From: Fibrobacterales bacterium
GTDB taxonomy: Bacteria > Fibrobacterota > Fibrobacteria > Fibrobacterales > JAOPTW01
DNA: 64,000 nucleotides
NCBI GenBank assembly: GCA_051532035.1
Contig: JAOPTW010000032.1
Span: forward strand, 1 to 64,000
Direction of reading: 5' to 3'
The translations under genes and the position numbers were made by a program. The notes beneath the pieces are model-generated. The model did not search any database. It was not told the DNA's origin and worked only from the letters and a program-made list of their open reading frames with translations. Within the stretch, counting starts at the first letter, position 1. Every line of letters begins with the position of its first letter. Below, piece after piece: positions 21,167 to 30,523 of this stretch.

Positions 21167-21959
21167 TTACAAAATACTAGACATCATCCCTTTTGGAATT
21201 ACCGACCTGATTGACCTCTCTATTGTAACCATATTCCTCTATTACCTCTTTATTCTCTTTAGAGGAACCCGTGCTGTGCAGATGTTCTGGGGTTTTGTTA
21301 TGCTTTTTGTCCTCTATACCATCTCGACATGGTGGGACCTCGTTGTACTCAGTTGGCTTTTCTCTACTCTTCTAAAAATAGGATTTCTTTCAATTGTGGT
21401 TATTTTTCAACCGGAACTCCGGGGTGGACTCACTAGAATTGGCTCAATGGCAGGAAGCCTCAGCCTCCGTAAAATCTTTTTTCACCCCAACACCTATCAT
21501 GATGTCATTAAAGAAATTATCGAGACAGCAGAAGACCTTTCTCTTAAAAAATTTGGCGCACTCATGGTTATAGAACAAAATGTAGGGCTCAAAAACTATA
21601 CCGATACTGGCATAAAAATGAATGCCGCAGTAACGTCTCAACTTCTAAAAACAATCTTTTTCCCCAATACCCCACTCCATGACGGCGCTGTGATTATTCA
21701 TGGTGACCGCATACGCGCTGCGGGCTGCACCCTCCCCATTATCACGATTCAAGAAGATAGCCAAATTTCTAACAAAGTCGGCATGCGTCATAAAGCTGCC
21801 AAAGCACTCACTAACGAGAGTGATGCAGTTGTTGTAATTGTCTCAGAAGAAACAGGGTACATATCTCTTGCCTACCGCAACAAACTTCTTCTCAATATCT
21901 CGAGCAAGCAGATAGAAGAGAAAATTCACGCTATTATCGAAGAGACTCAGGACCAGTAA
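21156..21959 (+). CDS. dacA: Membrane-bound diadenylate cyclase CdaA/DacA
   Basis: Three N-terminal TMs, IFQPELR, PLHDGA, GMRHKAA, VSEETG; follows folP. Confidence 0.92.
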   Translation: MNDSYKILDIIPFGITDLIDLSIVTIFLYYLFILFRGTRAVQMFWGFVMLFVLYTISTWWDLVVLSWLFSTLLKIGFLSIVVIFQPELRGGLTRIGSMAGSLSLRKIFFHPNTYHDVIKEIIETAEDLSLKKFGALMVIEQNVGLKNYTDTGIKMNAAVTSQLLKTIFFPNTPLHDGAVIIHGDRIRAAGCTLPIITIQEDSQISNKVGMRHKAAKALTNESDAVVVIVSEETGYISLAYRNKLLLNISSKQIEEKIHAIIEETQDQ

Positions 21960-21960
21960 C

Positions 21961-23079
21961 ATGACAACATCATCTCCCAAAAAGCGCTCAAAAAAGCGTC
22001 TTCTTATCCCACTCCTCATTTTACTTATTTTACTCCTCCTCATTTTTTGGCAATATAACCTTGGCCAAATGAAAGAAGAAGCAGAAGCCCGAAGCGCTGC
22101 CGAAGCTTCACTCCTCGCAAAAGAAAAAATTCTCGCAGAACTCGAAGCACAAAAAGCACTCCTCGATTCAATTGCGTTCCTGCAAAAACAAGACTCCCTC
22201 CTTCGGCAACAAATCGCAGAAGAAAAAATTAAGCAACTCCAAGACTCTATCCTGAAAGCACAAGAAGCCCAAGACAAAGCAAATGCCGCTGAACGTGCAA
22301 AAAGAGCAAAACAAAATTCTCAGAAAAAAAATAATATCGTATCTGACACCACAGCTCCAACACTACAGGTGAGCCCACCCACAGGGCGATACTATGAACC
22401 CATTACCATTGAGGCACGCTGTAGCGAACCAAAGTGCAGTATTATGTACAGCACAGCGAACCCATACTCCCCTCTCAATACTGATTTAAAAATTGAGACC
22501 AATAGCACACTTACATTCTTTGCTGTTGATTCGGCAGGCAATCACTCCGACACCATTACTCGAAGTTATGAATTCACTGAAAAAATTCCACCCTGCCCAA
22601 ATAAGATGTCTCCTGTCCCCCTAAACGATGGGACCTCAATCTGTATGGATTTATATGAATGGCCCAATACCCTCAACGAAAACCCAAAAGTATTTGTTTC
22701 TCATAAAGAAGCAACCAACCTTTGTAGTTCTGTAGGTAAACGCCTCTGTAGTAAAGAAGAGTGGCAGACCTCATGCTCTGGTAAACTCAACACAGACTAC
22801 CCCTATGGAACCCAATACAATCCCGCTCAATGTGTTACTACTGAGACCAAAGCCAGCCGATCAGGCCATGCAAAAGATTGCCGCTCTTACTATGGCCACT
22901 ATGATATGTCGGGTAACATTTGGGAATGGACATCCACACCACACGAACAACGTGCATCCTTTTACTACGTAACCGGCGGCAACTACTCAAGTAAAGACGC
23001 CTCAACCTGCCAAGAAGCAAAATACAGCTTCTACCCCCAAAACCAATACCAATTCGTAGGCTTCCGCTGCTGTAAATAA
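21961..23079 (+). CDS. Membrane-anchored coiled-coil + Fn3-associated/CHB_HEX_C-like + FGE-sulfatase (SUMF1-like) domain protein
   Basis: N-terminal TM, coiled coil, DTTAP..PPTGRY..FFAVDSAGNHS, CMDLYEWPN, GKRLCSKEEW, YDMSGNIWEW, GFRCC. Confidence 0.75.
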   Translation: MTTSSPKKRSKKRLLIPLLILLILLLLIFWQYNLGQMKEEAEARSAAEASLLAKEKILAELEAQKALLDSIAFLQKQDSLLRQQIAEEKIKQLQDSILKAQEAQDKANAAERAKRAKQNSQKKNNIVSDTTAPTLQVSPPTGRYYEPITIEARCSEPKCSIMYSTANPYSPLNTDLKIETNSTLTFFAVDSAGNHSDTITRSYEFTEKIPPCPNKMSPVPLNDGTSICMDLYEWPNTLNENPKVFVSHKEATNLCSSVGKRLCSKEEWQTSCSGKLNTDYPYGTQYNPAQCVTTETKASRSGHAKDCRSYYGHYDMSGNIWEWTSTPHEQRASFYYVTGGNYSSKDASTCQEAKYSFYPQNQYQFVGFRCCK

Positions 23080-23234
23080 AAGAAAGCAATAGATCAACAA
23101 ACAAAACTAAACAAGCGCAGCGAACAGATATAATTTTCATTTAAAATGGCGCAGTATAAGGCATATTTCATGAGAGTGTACTTAGTGTACACCGAATGAA
23201 ATATAACGCCGTAATGCGCCGTTTAAAATGAAAA

Positions 23235-23555
23235 TTACTGCATCTGGGCGAGGAGGGCGTCGATATCCGCCTGCTCAAGAAGTTCTTCACCAGCATCATC
23301 CCCACCAGATGACCCACTGGATGGAATATCAGCAGTGCCATCAACCCCAGCCAACATCTCTTCCGTTGAGAGCTCAGGAGCAGCTTGAGGAGCAGCAGGT
23401 TGCCCACCATAACCCATTATGGCACGCCCTGTATCAAACTGATCTTCTGAATAGTTCTTATACAGTCGCGCAAAGTCTTTAAAATGCATGTCATAGTGAT
23501 ACGCAGGATCACTCATCACGCGGTTTAATACTTCTCTGTCGTATCCAATACTCAT
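23235..23555 (-). CDS. Small acidic hypothetical protein with C-terminal QxDIDALL peptide
   Basis: 106-aa ORF, GGGA upstream, sigma28-like promoter; ends ELLEQADIDALLAQMQ. Confidence 0.7.
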   Translation of the reverse strand: MSIGYDREVLNRVMSDPAYHYDMHFKDFARLYKNYSEDQFDTGRAIMGYGGQPAAPQAAPELSTEEMLAGVDGTADIPSSGSSGGDDAGEELLEQADIDALLAQMQ

Positions 23556-23635
23556 AATAGTAACACATCCCTTTGTTCTCTATTATAACATACACTATTT
23601 TTGGTTCAGCCGCAAATATTCGACCACCTATTAGT

Positions 23636-23663
23636 CTATCGGCACCCCTTCCTTAAAAATTGA
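23636..23663 (-). promoter_or_regulatory. Putative sigma28 (FliA/SigD) promoter
   Basis: Minus strand TCAA-N16-GCCGATAG. Confidence 0.65.
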
Positions 23664-23830
23664 GTTCAAATAGATACTTTTTAGTAATTTGACCCCTTAT
23701 CACCATATGGGGAGCTAGATTATGCAATTCGACTTAGTAACAAAAACTCAAATTGTGTAAATAAGCACCCAATACATTGCGATAAGTGGAGGCTTAATAT
23801 AGATTTGCTCAAAATTCAGCCCCAAATTCT

Positions 23831-26383
23831 ATGATCGAAATAAGCGAAAAACTTGAAAAGGTCCTCTCTCAGGTGGACAATCCCGGTCGATATATCGGAT
23901 CTGAAGCAAACAGTGTCTACAAAGATTTTGACACCTGTAGCGGCACCATCGCCTTTGTTTTTCCCGATACTTACGAAGTGGGTATGTCTAATAATGGCTT
24001 AAAAATACTTTATCATGTAGTGAATCGTGAAGAAGATCTCCTTGCCGAGACCTCATTTGCCCCATGGAACGACATGAGCGAACTTCTCAAAAGAGAAGAA
24101 ATACCACTCTATACTCATCAAAGCTATAGAGGTATTGGAGAATATGATTGTGTTGGTATTTCACTCCAAACAGAGCTCAATTTTACCAATGTTCCCTATG
24201 TGCTGGAACTCGGCAATATTCCTGCTTGGAGTAAAGATCGCGATGAAAGCCATCCCTTTGTAATTGGTGGCGGCCCTGCAATGGCAAATCCCGAACCGGT
24301 TGCTGATTTTTATGACGCTTTTGTGATTGGTGACGGGGAACTTGTAACTCCTCAAATTGTGAGAATGGTTGGCACCATGCGTAAAGCGGGTGAAAAACGC
24401 GAAGCTATTTTAATAGCCCTCTCTGAAATTCAGGGCATTTATGTTCCGTCTCTTGTACCAATGGCGCCAAACTTTTTAGGTGAAATGACCCCTGTTGATA
24501 TTCAACAGCGAGGCTTTAAAAACCACAAAGGGGTCAAGCGTACATGGATGGAGAGTCTTGACCCAACCCTCTACCCTATTAAAAATTTAATACCCAATAT
24601 TCGCCCTATTCATGACCGGTACGCTGTGGAAGTTATGAGAGGTTGTACCCAAGGATGCCGTTTTTGTCAGGCAGGCTATTGGTATCGCCCTTCACGAGAA
24701 CTCGGCGCCGATGATATTGTTGATCTTGCAAAAGAAGGAATAAAAGCAACAGGCTGTAACGAACTGGGCCTCCTTTCACTCTCGACTGCAGATTATAGTC
24801 AGGTTGAACCACTTACTGATGTGCTGATTAATGAAGATGACTTTAGTAAAACTGATGTATCACTCCCATCACTTAGAGTAAATGCCTTTGGAAAAGAGCT
24901 CGCAGAAAAGACAAGTGCCATAAGCTCAAGTCGTTCAGCGACCTTTGCCCCTGAAACCGGCAGTGACCGCCTCCGCAAAGTGATCAACAAAACAATTACT
25001 AACCAAAACATGGTTGATGCCGCTCATCATGTATTTAGTGGCGACTATAACAACATCAAACTCTATACTATGATTGGCCTCCCCACAGAGACCATCGACG
25101 ACATGGATGAGTTTATTGAACTTATCGAAAACCTCGTTACCGTCGGTAGAAAGTATAAACAAAATTTTTCGATCCATGCGAGTATTGGTATTCTTATCCC
25201 TAAGACGTTCACCCCTATGCAATGGGCTGGCTTTGTTGGTAAAGAAGAAGCTCTTGAACGCATCTATAAAGTGAAAAACCACTTTTATAGAAACCGCAAT
25301 GTACGTATTTCTTGGAGTAGTTGGGAAACTGCACACTTAGAGTCTTTCTATAGTAGAGGGGATCGATCTCTTGCCCCAATGATTTATGAGGCATACGAAC
25401 GAGGGTTGATTTTTGAATCATTTAATGAGTTCTTTGATCACGATACATGGGTAGAGATTTGGGATAAATATAATTACCCTGTTGCCAACATACAACGTGA
25501 ACGAGAACTCGATGAAGCCCTTCCATGGGACGTTATACACGCAGGTGTCAACAAAGGCTATCTCAAACGTGAGTACAAAAAAATGTTTGAGCCTGAATCT
25601 CCTGAAGTCCCTAACTGTAAATGGGAAGGCAACTGTCAAAGCTGTGGTATTCCAGGTACTGGTGATGACACTGTTATGGCAACACCACCCAACAAATATG
25701 CAGGCGCACCTTCGCTGACAAAAGAAGAGATCCTTAAAAAGCATGAGGACTTAAAGGAAGAGATTGACGATGTGCATAGTTACATGGTTCTCTTTAATAA
25801 AAGTGACCTTGCCCGCTTTTTACCGCATCAAAACACTATGAAATTTATCGAAAAAGCGTTTATGCGAGTCGATGCCCCTATGAGATATTCAAAAGGGTAC
25901 AACCAACGACCCAAAATTCAAAATGGAGGCGCACTCCCTCTTGGCCTCCACTCTCATTGTGAATTTGTCATTATTGAATTCACCCAAGAAATCCCAACAG
26001 ATGAAGCCTATATAGCTGAACTCAATAAGATGTTCCCCAAAGGGATTGCTATTCATTCAATTGAGAAGCGTTTGAATCGCAAGATGGCCTTTGCAAAAAC
26101 AATCTCCTATACTTATAGCGCTCCTTGTGATCATAGTGACATAATTTCGCGTTTTAACAGTCAAGCCCTCCCCACCATAACCAATCATAAAGGGCGACGT
26201 ATTGCTATTCAACCAGAAATCCAATCTATTGCCACTAATAGTGAAGGGGCTCTCGAAGTGGTACTGACAACCAATAGTAATGGAAATGCCATTAGCCCCT
26301 TTGCAGTATTCTCTGGGCTTTTAGAAATTTCTTATGATGATGCACGGGAACTCTCAATTTGTAAGAGCGCTATCGTATTCTAA
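23831..26383 (+). CDS. B12-binding radical SAM protein (TIGR03960-like) fused to a DUF2344/TIGR03936-like domain
   Basis: PGRYIGSE, FPDTYEVGMSN, RGCTQGCRFCQAG (CxxxCxxC), FAPETGSDRLR; C-terminal RYSKGYNQRPKI..ALPLG. Confidence 0.85.
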   Translation: MIEISEKLEKVLSQVDNPGRYIGSEANSVYKDFDTCSGTIAFVFPDTYEVGMSNNGLKILYHVVNREEDLLAETSFAPWNDMSELLKREEIPLYTHQSYRGIGEYDCVGISLQTELNFTNVPYVLELGNIPAWSKDRDESHPFVIGGGPAMANPEPVADFYDAFVIGDGELVTPQIVRMVGTMRKAGEKREAILIALSEIQGIYVPSLVPMAPNFLGEMTPVDIQQRGFKNHKGVKRTWMESLDPTLYPIKNLIPNIRPIHDRYAVEVMRGCTQGCRFCQAGYWYRPSRELGADDIVDLAKEGIKATGCNELGLLSLSTADYSQVEPLTDVLINEDDFSKTDVSLPSLRVNAFGKELAEKTSAISSSRSATFAPETGSDRLRKVINKTITNQNMVDAAHHVFSGDYNNIKLYTMIGLPTETIDDMDEFIELIENLVTVGRKYKQNFSIHASIGILIPKTFTPMQWAGFVGKEEALERIYKVKNHFYRNRNVRISWSSWETAHLESFYSRGDRSLAPMIYEAYERGLIFESFNEFFDHDTWVEIWDKYNYPVANIQRERELDEALPWDVIHAGVNKGYLKREYKKMFEPESPEVPNCKWEGNCQSCGIPGTGDDTVMATPPNKYAGAPSLTKEEILKKHEDLKEEIDDVHSYMVLFNKSDLARFLPHQNTMKFIEKAFMRVDAPMRYSKGYNQRPKIQNGGALPLGLHSHCEFVIIEFTQEIPTDEAYIAELNKMFPKGIAIHSIEKRLNRKMAFAKTISYTYSAPCDHSDIISRFNSQALPTITNHKGRRIAIQPEIQSIATNSEGALEVVLTTNSNGNAISPFAVFSGLLEISYDDARELSICKSAIVF

Positions 26384-26412
26384 TGTGATATTGTCACGTT
26401 TAATATTTTCAC

Positions 26413-26448
26413 TAAAACAGGGTGTTTTCAACTAAACACCCTGTTTTA
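26413..26448. terminator. 15-bp inverted repeat, probably a terminator after the radical SAM gene
   Basis: TAAAACAGGGTGTTT-N6-AAACACCCTGTTTTA. Confidence 0.6.
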
Positions 26449-26513
26449 CATACAACTTACCGCACAACCTGAAAGTTTAGTCCATAGTTGTACTTTAAAG
26501 CCTTCCGCTTACC

Positions 26514-26527
26514 GTAACATATGTTAC
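26514..26527. promoter_or_regulatory. Perfect palindrome upstream of acs, putative operator
   Basis: GTAACATATGTTAC, ending 46 nt before the acs ATG. Confidence 0.4.
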
Positions 26528-26573
26528 AAAACTAAATTAAATAGATGTTCCCAAAACTGAGCAGGTCTTATTT

Positions 26574-28490
26574 ATGGCACTCGACATCACCTCATTTGAA
26601 GATTACACCCGTGAATATCAAAAAAGCGTTCAAACTCCAGAAGCCTTCTGGGAAGAAAAAGCAGAGAAATTTACTTGGAAAAAACGCTGGGACTCTATAC
26701 TTAAATGGGACTTTAATGAGGCGCACGCTGAATGGTATATAAATGGTAAACTCAATATTACTGAAAACTGCCTTGACCGCCACCTTCTCAGTCGAAGAAA
26801 CCAAACCGCCATCCTCTGGGAACCTAATGACCCGAATGAAGCAGCGATTAACATAACCTATGGCGAACTACATGAACGTGTCTGTCAATTTGCCAATGTA
26901 TTGAAGGCTCATGGGGTAGAAAAAGGCGACCGAGTTTGCCTCTATATGCCAATGATTCCAGAACTGGCTATTGCTTGCCTTGCGACCGCTCGGATCGGCG
27001 CTGTACACTCTGTAGTCTTTGCTGGGTTCTCTTCAAATGCCCTTTCTGACAGAATTAACGATGCCGGTGCAAAAATTGTCATAACCGCGGATGGCGCTCA
27101 CCGGGGCGCAAAACCAATCCCCCTAAAGAATATTGTAGATGAAGCATTAAAAACCTGCCCAACGGTGGTGTCGTGCATTGTATACCAACGAACCGGTGAC
27201 CCAGTTTCTATGACTGTTGATAGGGATCACTGGTGGCATGATGAAATTCAGTATGTAGCCAAAACCTGTGATGCAGAAGTTATGGATTCAGAAGATATGC
27301 TCTTTATTCTGTACACTTCAGGCTCTACAGGCCAACCAAAAGGAGTAGTACACACAACGGGTGGCTATATGGTCTACACCGACTACACCTTTCGCAACAC
27401 CTTTCAATACAAAGAGGGGCAAGTCTTTTGGTGTACTGCAGATATCGGTTGGATCACCGGGCACTCCTATATTATCTATGGGCCACTCCTTGCTGGTGCA
27501 ACCACACTTATGTTTGAAGGCATCCCTACCTATCCCGATGCTGGACGCTTTTGGGAAGTATGTGAAAAACACGCTGTCGATATTTTTTATACCGCACCCA
27601 CTGCAATTCGTGCGCTTGAAGCCCAGGGACTCGACTATGTTAAAAAACATGACCTCAGTTACCTCAAGGTTCTTGGCTCAGTTGGAGAACCTATTAACCT
27701 CGAAGCATGGAACTGGTATCACGACAACATTGGCAACAAACGGTGCCCCATAGTCGACACCTGGTGGCAAACTGAAACAGGGGGCTTTATGATAACCCCT
27801 ATTGCCGGAATCACCAATGAAAAACCAACCTATGCAACGCTTCCCCTCCCTGGTGTCCAACCGATGTTGGTAGACAGCGAAGGCAATGAACTCACCGGAA
27901 ATAATGTTTCGGGAAACCTTTGTATAAAGTTCCCCTGGCCCTCTATGATTAGAACGACCTATGGTGACCATGAACGCTGTAAACAAGTCTACTTTTCTAC
28001 ATACAAAGGACTTTATTTTACAGGAGATGGATGTAAACGGGACGAAGATGGGTACTACCGTATTACTGGGCGGGTTGATGATGTGATCAATGTATCAGGC
28101 CATAGAATGGGTACCGCCGAAGTCGAAAGTGCAATTAATGAACATAGCGCTATTGTAGAATCAGCAGTTGTAGGCTTCCCTCATGAGATCAAAGGGCAAG
28201 GTATCTATGCATATGTCATAGCTGACGCCGCCGATATCAATGAAGAAGTACTCGCATCTGAAATCCTCGCAAAAGTGAGTGAAGTTATTGGTCCTATTGC
28301 AAAGCCAGACCGGATTCAGGTAGTTTCGGGGCTCCCTAAAACTCGATCAGGAAAAATCATGAGAAGAATTCTTAAAAAAATTACCGAAGGCGACACAAGT
28401 AACCTTGGCGACACCTCAACTCTTCTTGACCCACTGGTTATCGATGAGATAATTGCCGGTTCTTTGGGGGAGCATATACACTCTCGATAA
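26574..28490 (+). CDS. acs: Acetyl-CoA synthetase (AMP-forming)
   Basis: LYTSGSTGQPKGV, TADIGWITGHSY, DTWWQTETG, LPKTRSGKIMRR. Confidence 0.97.
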   Translation: MALDITSFEDYTREYQKSVQTPEAFWEEKAEKFTWKKRWDSILKWDFNEAHAEWYINGKLNITENCLDRHLLSRRNQTAILWEPNDPNEAAINITYGELHERVCQFANVLKAHGVEKGDRVCLYMPMIPELAIACLATARIGAVHSVVFAGFSSNALSDRINDAGAKIVITADGAHRGAKPIPLKNIVDEALKTCPTVVSCIVYQRTGDPVSMTVDRDHWWHDEIQYVAKTCDAEVMDSEDMLFILYTSGSTGQPKGVVHTTGGYMVYTDYTFRNTFQYKEGQVFWCTADIGWITGHSYIIYGPLLAGATTLMFEGIPTYPDAGRFWEVCEKHAVDIFYTAPTAIRALEAQGLDYVKKHDLSYLKVLGSVGEPINLEAWNWYHDNIGNKRCPIVDTWWQTETGGFMITPIAGITNEKPTYATLPLPGVQPMLVDSEGNELTGNNVSGNLCIKFPWPSMIRTTYGDHERCKQVYFSTYKGLYFTGDGCKRDEDGYYRITGRVDDVINVSGHRMGTAEVESAINEHSAIVESAVVGFPHEIKGQGIYAYVIADAADINEEVLASEILAKVSEVIGPIAKPDRIQVVSGLPKTRSGKIMRRILKKITEGDTSNLGDTSTLLDPLVIDEIIAGSLGEHIHSR

Positions 28491-28502
28491 CTCTCTATCC
28501 CT

Positions 28503-28528
28503 TTGGTGGTCTCATTTGAGGCCACCAA
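28503..28528. terminator. Hairpin downstream of acs
   Basis: TTGGTGGTCTC-ATTT-GAGGCCACCAA; no clear U-tract. Confidence 0.45.
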
Positions 28529-28589
28529 TAGTAGATCAACAATCACTCCGTGAAACTACTCTCTAATTAGCTATATTTATAAAAAACAA

Positions 28590-28940
28590 ATGACAAGAGA
28601 GACCATGCCGGAGATCCCAGAAGAGTATCGACAATCACTTGAAAAAGAGTCCATTGACGATCAAATCGCCCGAGTTGACGAACTCCTAGCCAATGTAAAA
28701 GAGCCGTCAGCTTATAACCTTGGTATAAAACTTGCCCTTATTATGGCAAAAGAACTCAAAGAAGGCAACGCTCCTGGTACCCAGAGTGCGCCATTTGTCA
28801 AACAGTTGAGTGTCGATTTTTACCCAGAATTTATAGAAGAGATTGTAGGATATGCTCGAGAATTCATACTGAAACCTGAAGATTTAGTTGCAGAAATCGG
28901 GAAACGACTTTTTAACAAAGAAGATTCGACCAATGAGTAG
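28590..28940 (+). CDS. Hypothetical protein
   Basis: 116-aa helical-looking ORF whose stop overlaps the start of the ppx-like gene. Confidence 0.65.
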   Translation: MTRETMPEIPEEYRQSLEKESIDDQIARVDELLANVKEPSAYNLGIKLALIMAKELKEGNAPGTQSAPFVKQLSVDFYPEFIEEIVGYAREFILKPEDLVAEIGKRLFNKEDSTNE

Positions 28941-29814
28941 TCAACCACTCTATGCAACGATTGACATCGGCTCTAATTCTGCGTTGCTCCTTATTGCAAC
29001 GGTCACAGAAGGCAAACTTGAAGCCAAGGTTCAAAAGATCGGCACCTGTCGTTTAGGACAAGGTGTTCAGAGTGGCGAAGATGAAGCTACTGCAGAGAGC
29101 ATTGCTCAAACCCGTAAAGTACTCACTCAATTTCGCCAAACAATACACAATATTGGTGCAAAACTCGTTAAAGTTGTATTGACCGAAGCGACTCGTAGAG
29201 CGAAAAACAAGGATGCCATCCTCTCTACCGTCCGTGAGACCCTTATGTTTGAACCAGACATCCTGTCGGGTGAAGATGAAGCTCTCTGGACTTGGGAATC
29301 TATCAGTAACCACTATGAGATCAATGATTTTATATCTCTCGACATTGGCGCTGGAAGTACTGAGCTATGTGATGGCACACAGGCGCTCTCCCTGCCGCTC
29401 GGAGCACTTGATCTTAAAAACCGCTTTGGCAAAATACCGACTGATGACATTAAAGAATTTATCGACGCTATTCTCACAGGTCAAGAGTTAGAGGGTTATA
29501 AAAAAAAGCCCCTCTTTTTAATCGGTGGAACTGCAACGGCACTTGCCATGATCGAAAAGGGTCAGACTGAGTTTAAAATGGAAAGCGTCGAAGGATACCA
29601 GTGTAATCGACATGGAATACTCAATCTCATTACCACACTGGGTAATATGTCGAATGAAATCCGTGAACAACTTCCGGGACTCGATGACAACCGATCCGAA
29701 ATTATGATTCCAGGACTAAAGGTAATTGAGCGATGCTACAATGCGCTTGATCTCGAGACCGCAACCATCTCAACACTTGGTCTTCGCTATGGTGCACTAC
29801 TAAAAAGTTTGTAA
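28933..29814 (+). CDS. ppx: Ppx/GppA family phosphatase (short form)
   Basis: ATIDIGSNS, ILSGEDEA, LDIGAGSTE, IGGTATAL, GLRYG. Confidence 0.85.
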   Translation: MSSQPLYATIDIGSNSALLLIATVTEGKLEAKVQKIGTCRLGQGVQSGEDEATAESIAQTRKVLTQFRQTIHNIGAKLVKVVLTEATRRAKNKDAILSTVRETLMFEPDILSGEDEALWTWESISNHYEINDFISLDIGAGSTELCDGTQALSLPLGALDLKNRFGKIPTDDIKEFIDAILTGQELEGYKKKPLFLIGGTATALAMIEKGQTEFKMESVEGYQCNRHGILNLITTLGNMSNEIREQLPGLDDNRSEIMIPGLKVIERCYNALDLETATISTLGLRYGALLKSL

Positions 29815-29818
29815 TACT

Positions 29819-30523
29819 ATGAGAATAAATAAATATATAGCACAGTGTAGTAGCGCCAGCCGAAGAGGCGCCGACACTCTTATAACCGAAGGCCGCGTCA
29901 CCCTTAACGGGGAAGCTGTCGCAGGACCTGGAGTGCAAGTTGAAGTAAATGATGTTGTTTCTGTAGATGGAAAAGAACTTACGCCTACAGAAATCACCGG
30001 AACCATACTCTTTAATAAGCCAATAGAGTATGTCTGCTCAAAAAAAGATACCCATGGAAGGCCAACAATATTTGACCTACTTCCAACAGAGTATAAAGAC
30101 CTTAACTACATCGGGCGACTCGACCTTAATAGTCGGGGCTTGATGCTCCTCAGCAGTGATGGTGAACTTATTCACCGCCTCACTCACCCCTCTTACGACA
30201 TTCCTCGCACCTATGAAGTACGCCTAGACAAAATCTTTGATGAACGCTCTGCTCAAAAACTTCGTAATGGCGTTTTAATTGACGAAAACGAGAAGACCCG
30301 CCCCGCAGAGGTAAAGTTTCAGGGTAAAAATGTCGAAATGATACTAAGAGAGGGGAAAAAGCGTGAAATCCGTAGAATGATGAGCGCAGTTGGGTATGAA
30401 GTTATAGATTTGAAACGTATCTCCTATGGAAACATTGAGTTGCGGGACCTCGAAGAGCGGAAGTGTCGACCACTAACCGACTTAGAAGTGAAGGTATTGT
30501 ATGAAATGGTACAGCTACGTTAG
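29819..30523 (+). CDS. rluB: rRNA pseudouridine synthase, RluB/RsuA family
   Basis: S4 domain (RINKYIA..SRRGAD), NKP, IGRLDLNSRGL, EGKKREIRRM. Confidence 0.85.
   Translation: MRINKYIAQCSSASRRGADTLITEGRVTLNGEAVAGPGVQVEVNDVVSVDGKELTPTEITGTILFNKPIEYVCSKKDTHGRPTIFDLLPTEYKDLNYIGRLDLNSRGLMLLSSDGELIHRLTHPSYDIPRTYEVRLDKIFDERSAQKLRNGVLIDENEKTRPAEVKFQGKNVEMILREGKKREIRRMMSAVGYEVIDLKRISYGNIELRDLEERKCRPLTDLEVKVLYEMVQLR

Noticed and set aside
23168..23482. His/Gln-rich ORF 23228-23482 (+) and ORF 23168-23410 (-)
   Set aside because: Shadow frames of the 23235-23555 gene, which has a promoter and a recognisable motif
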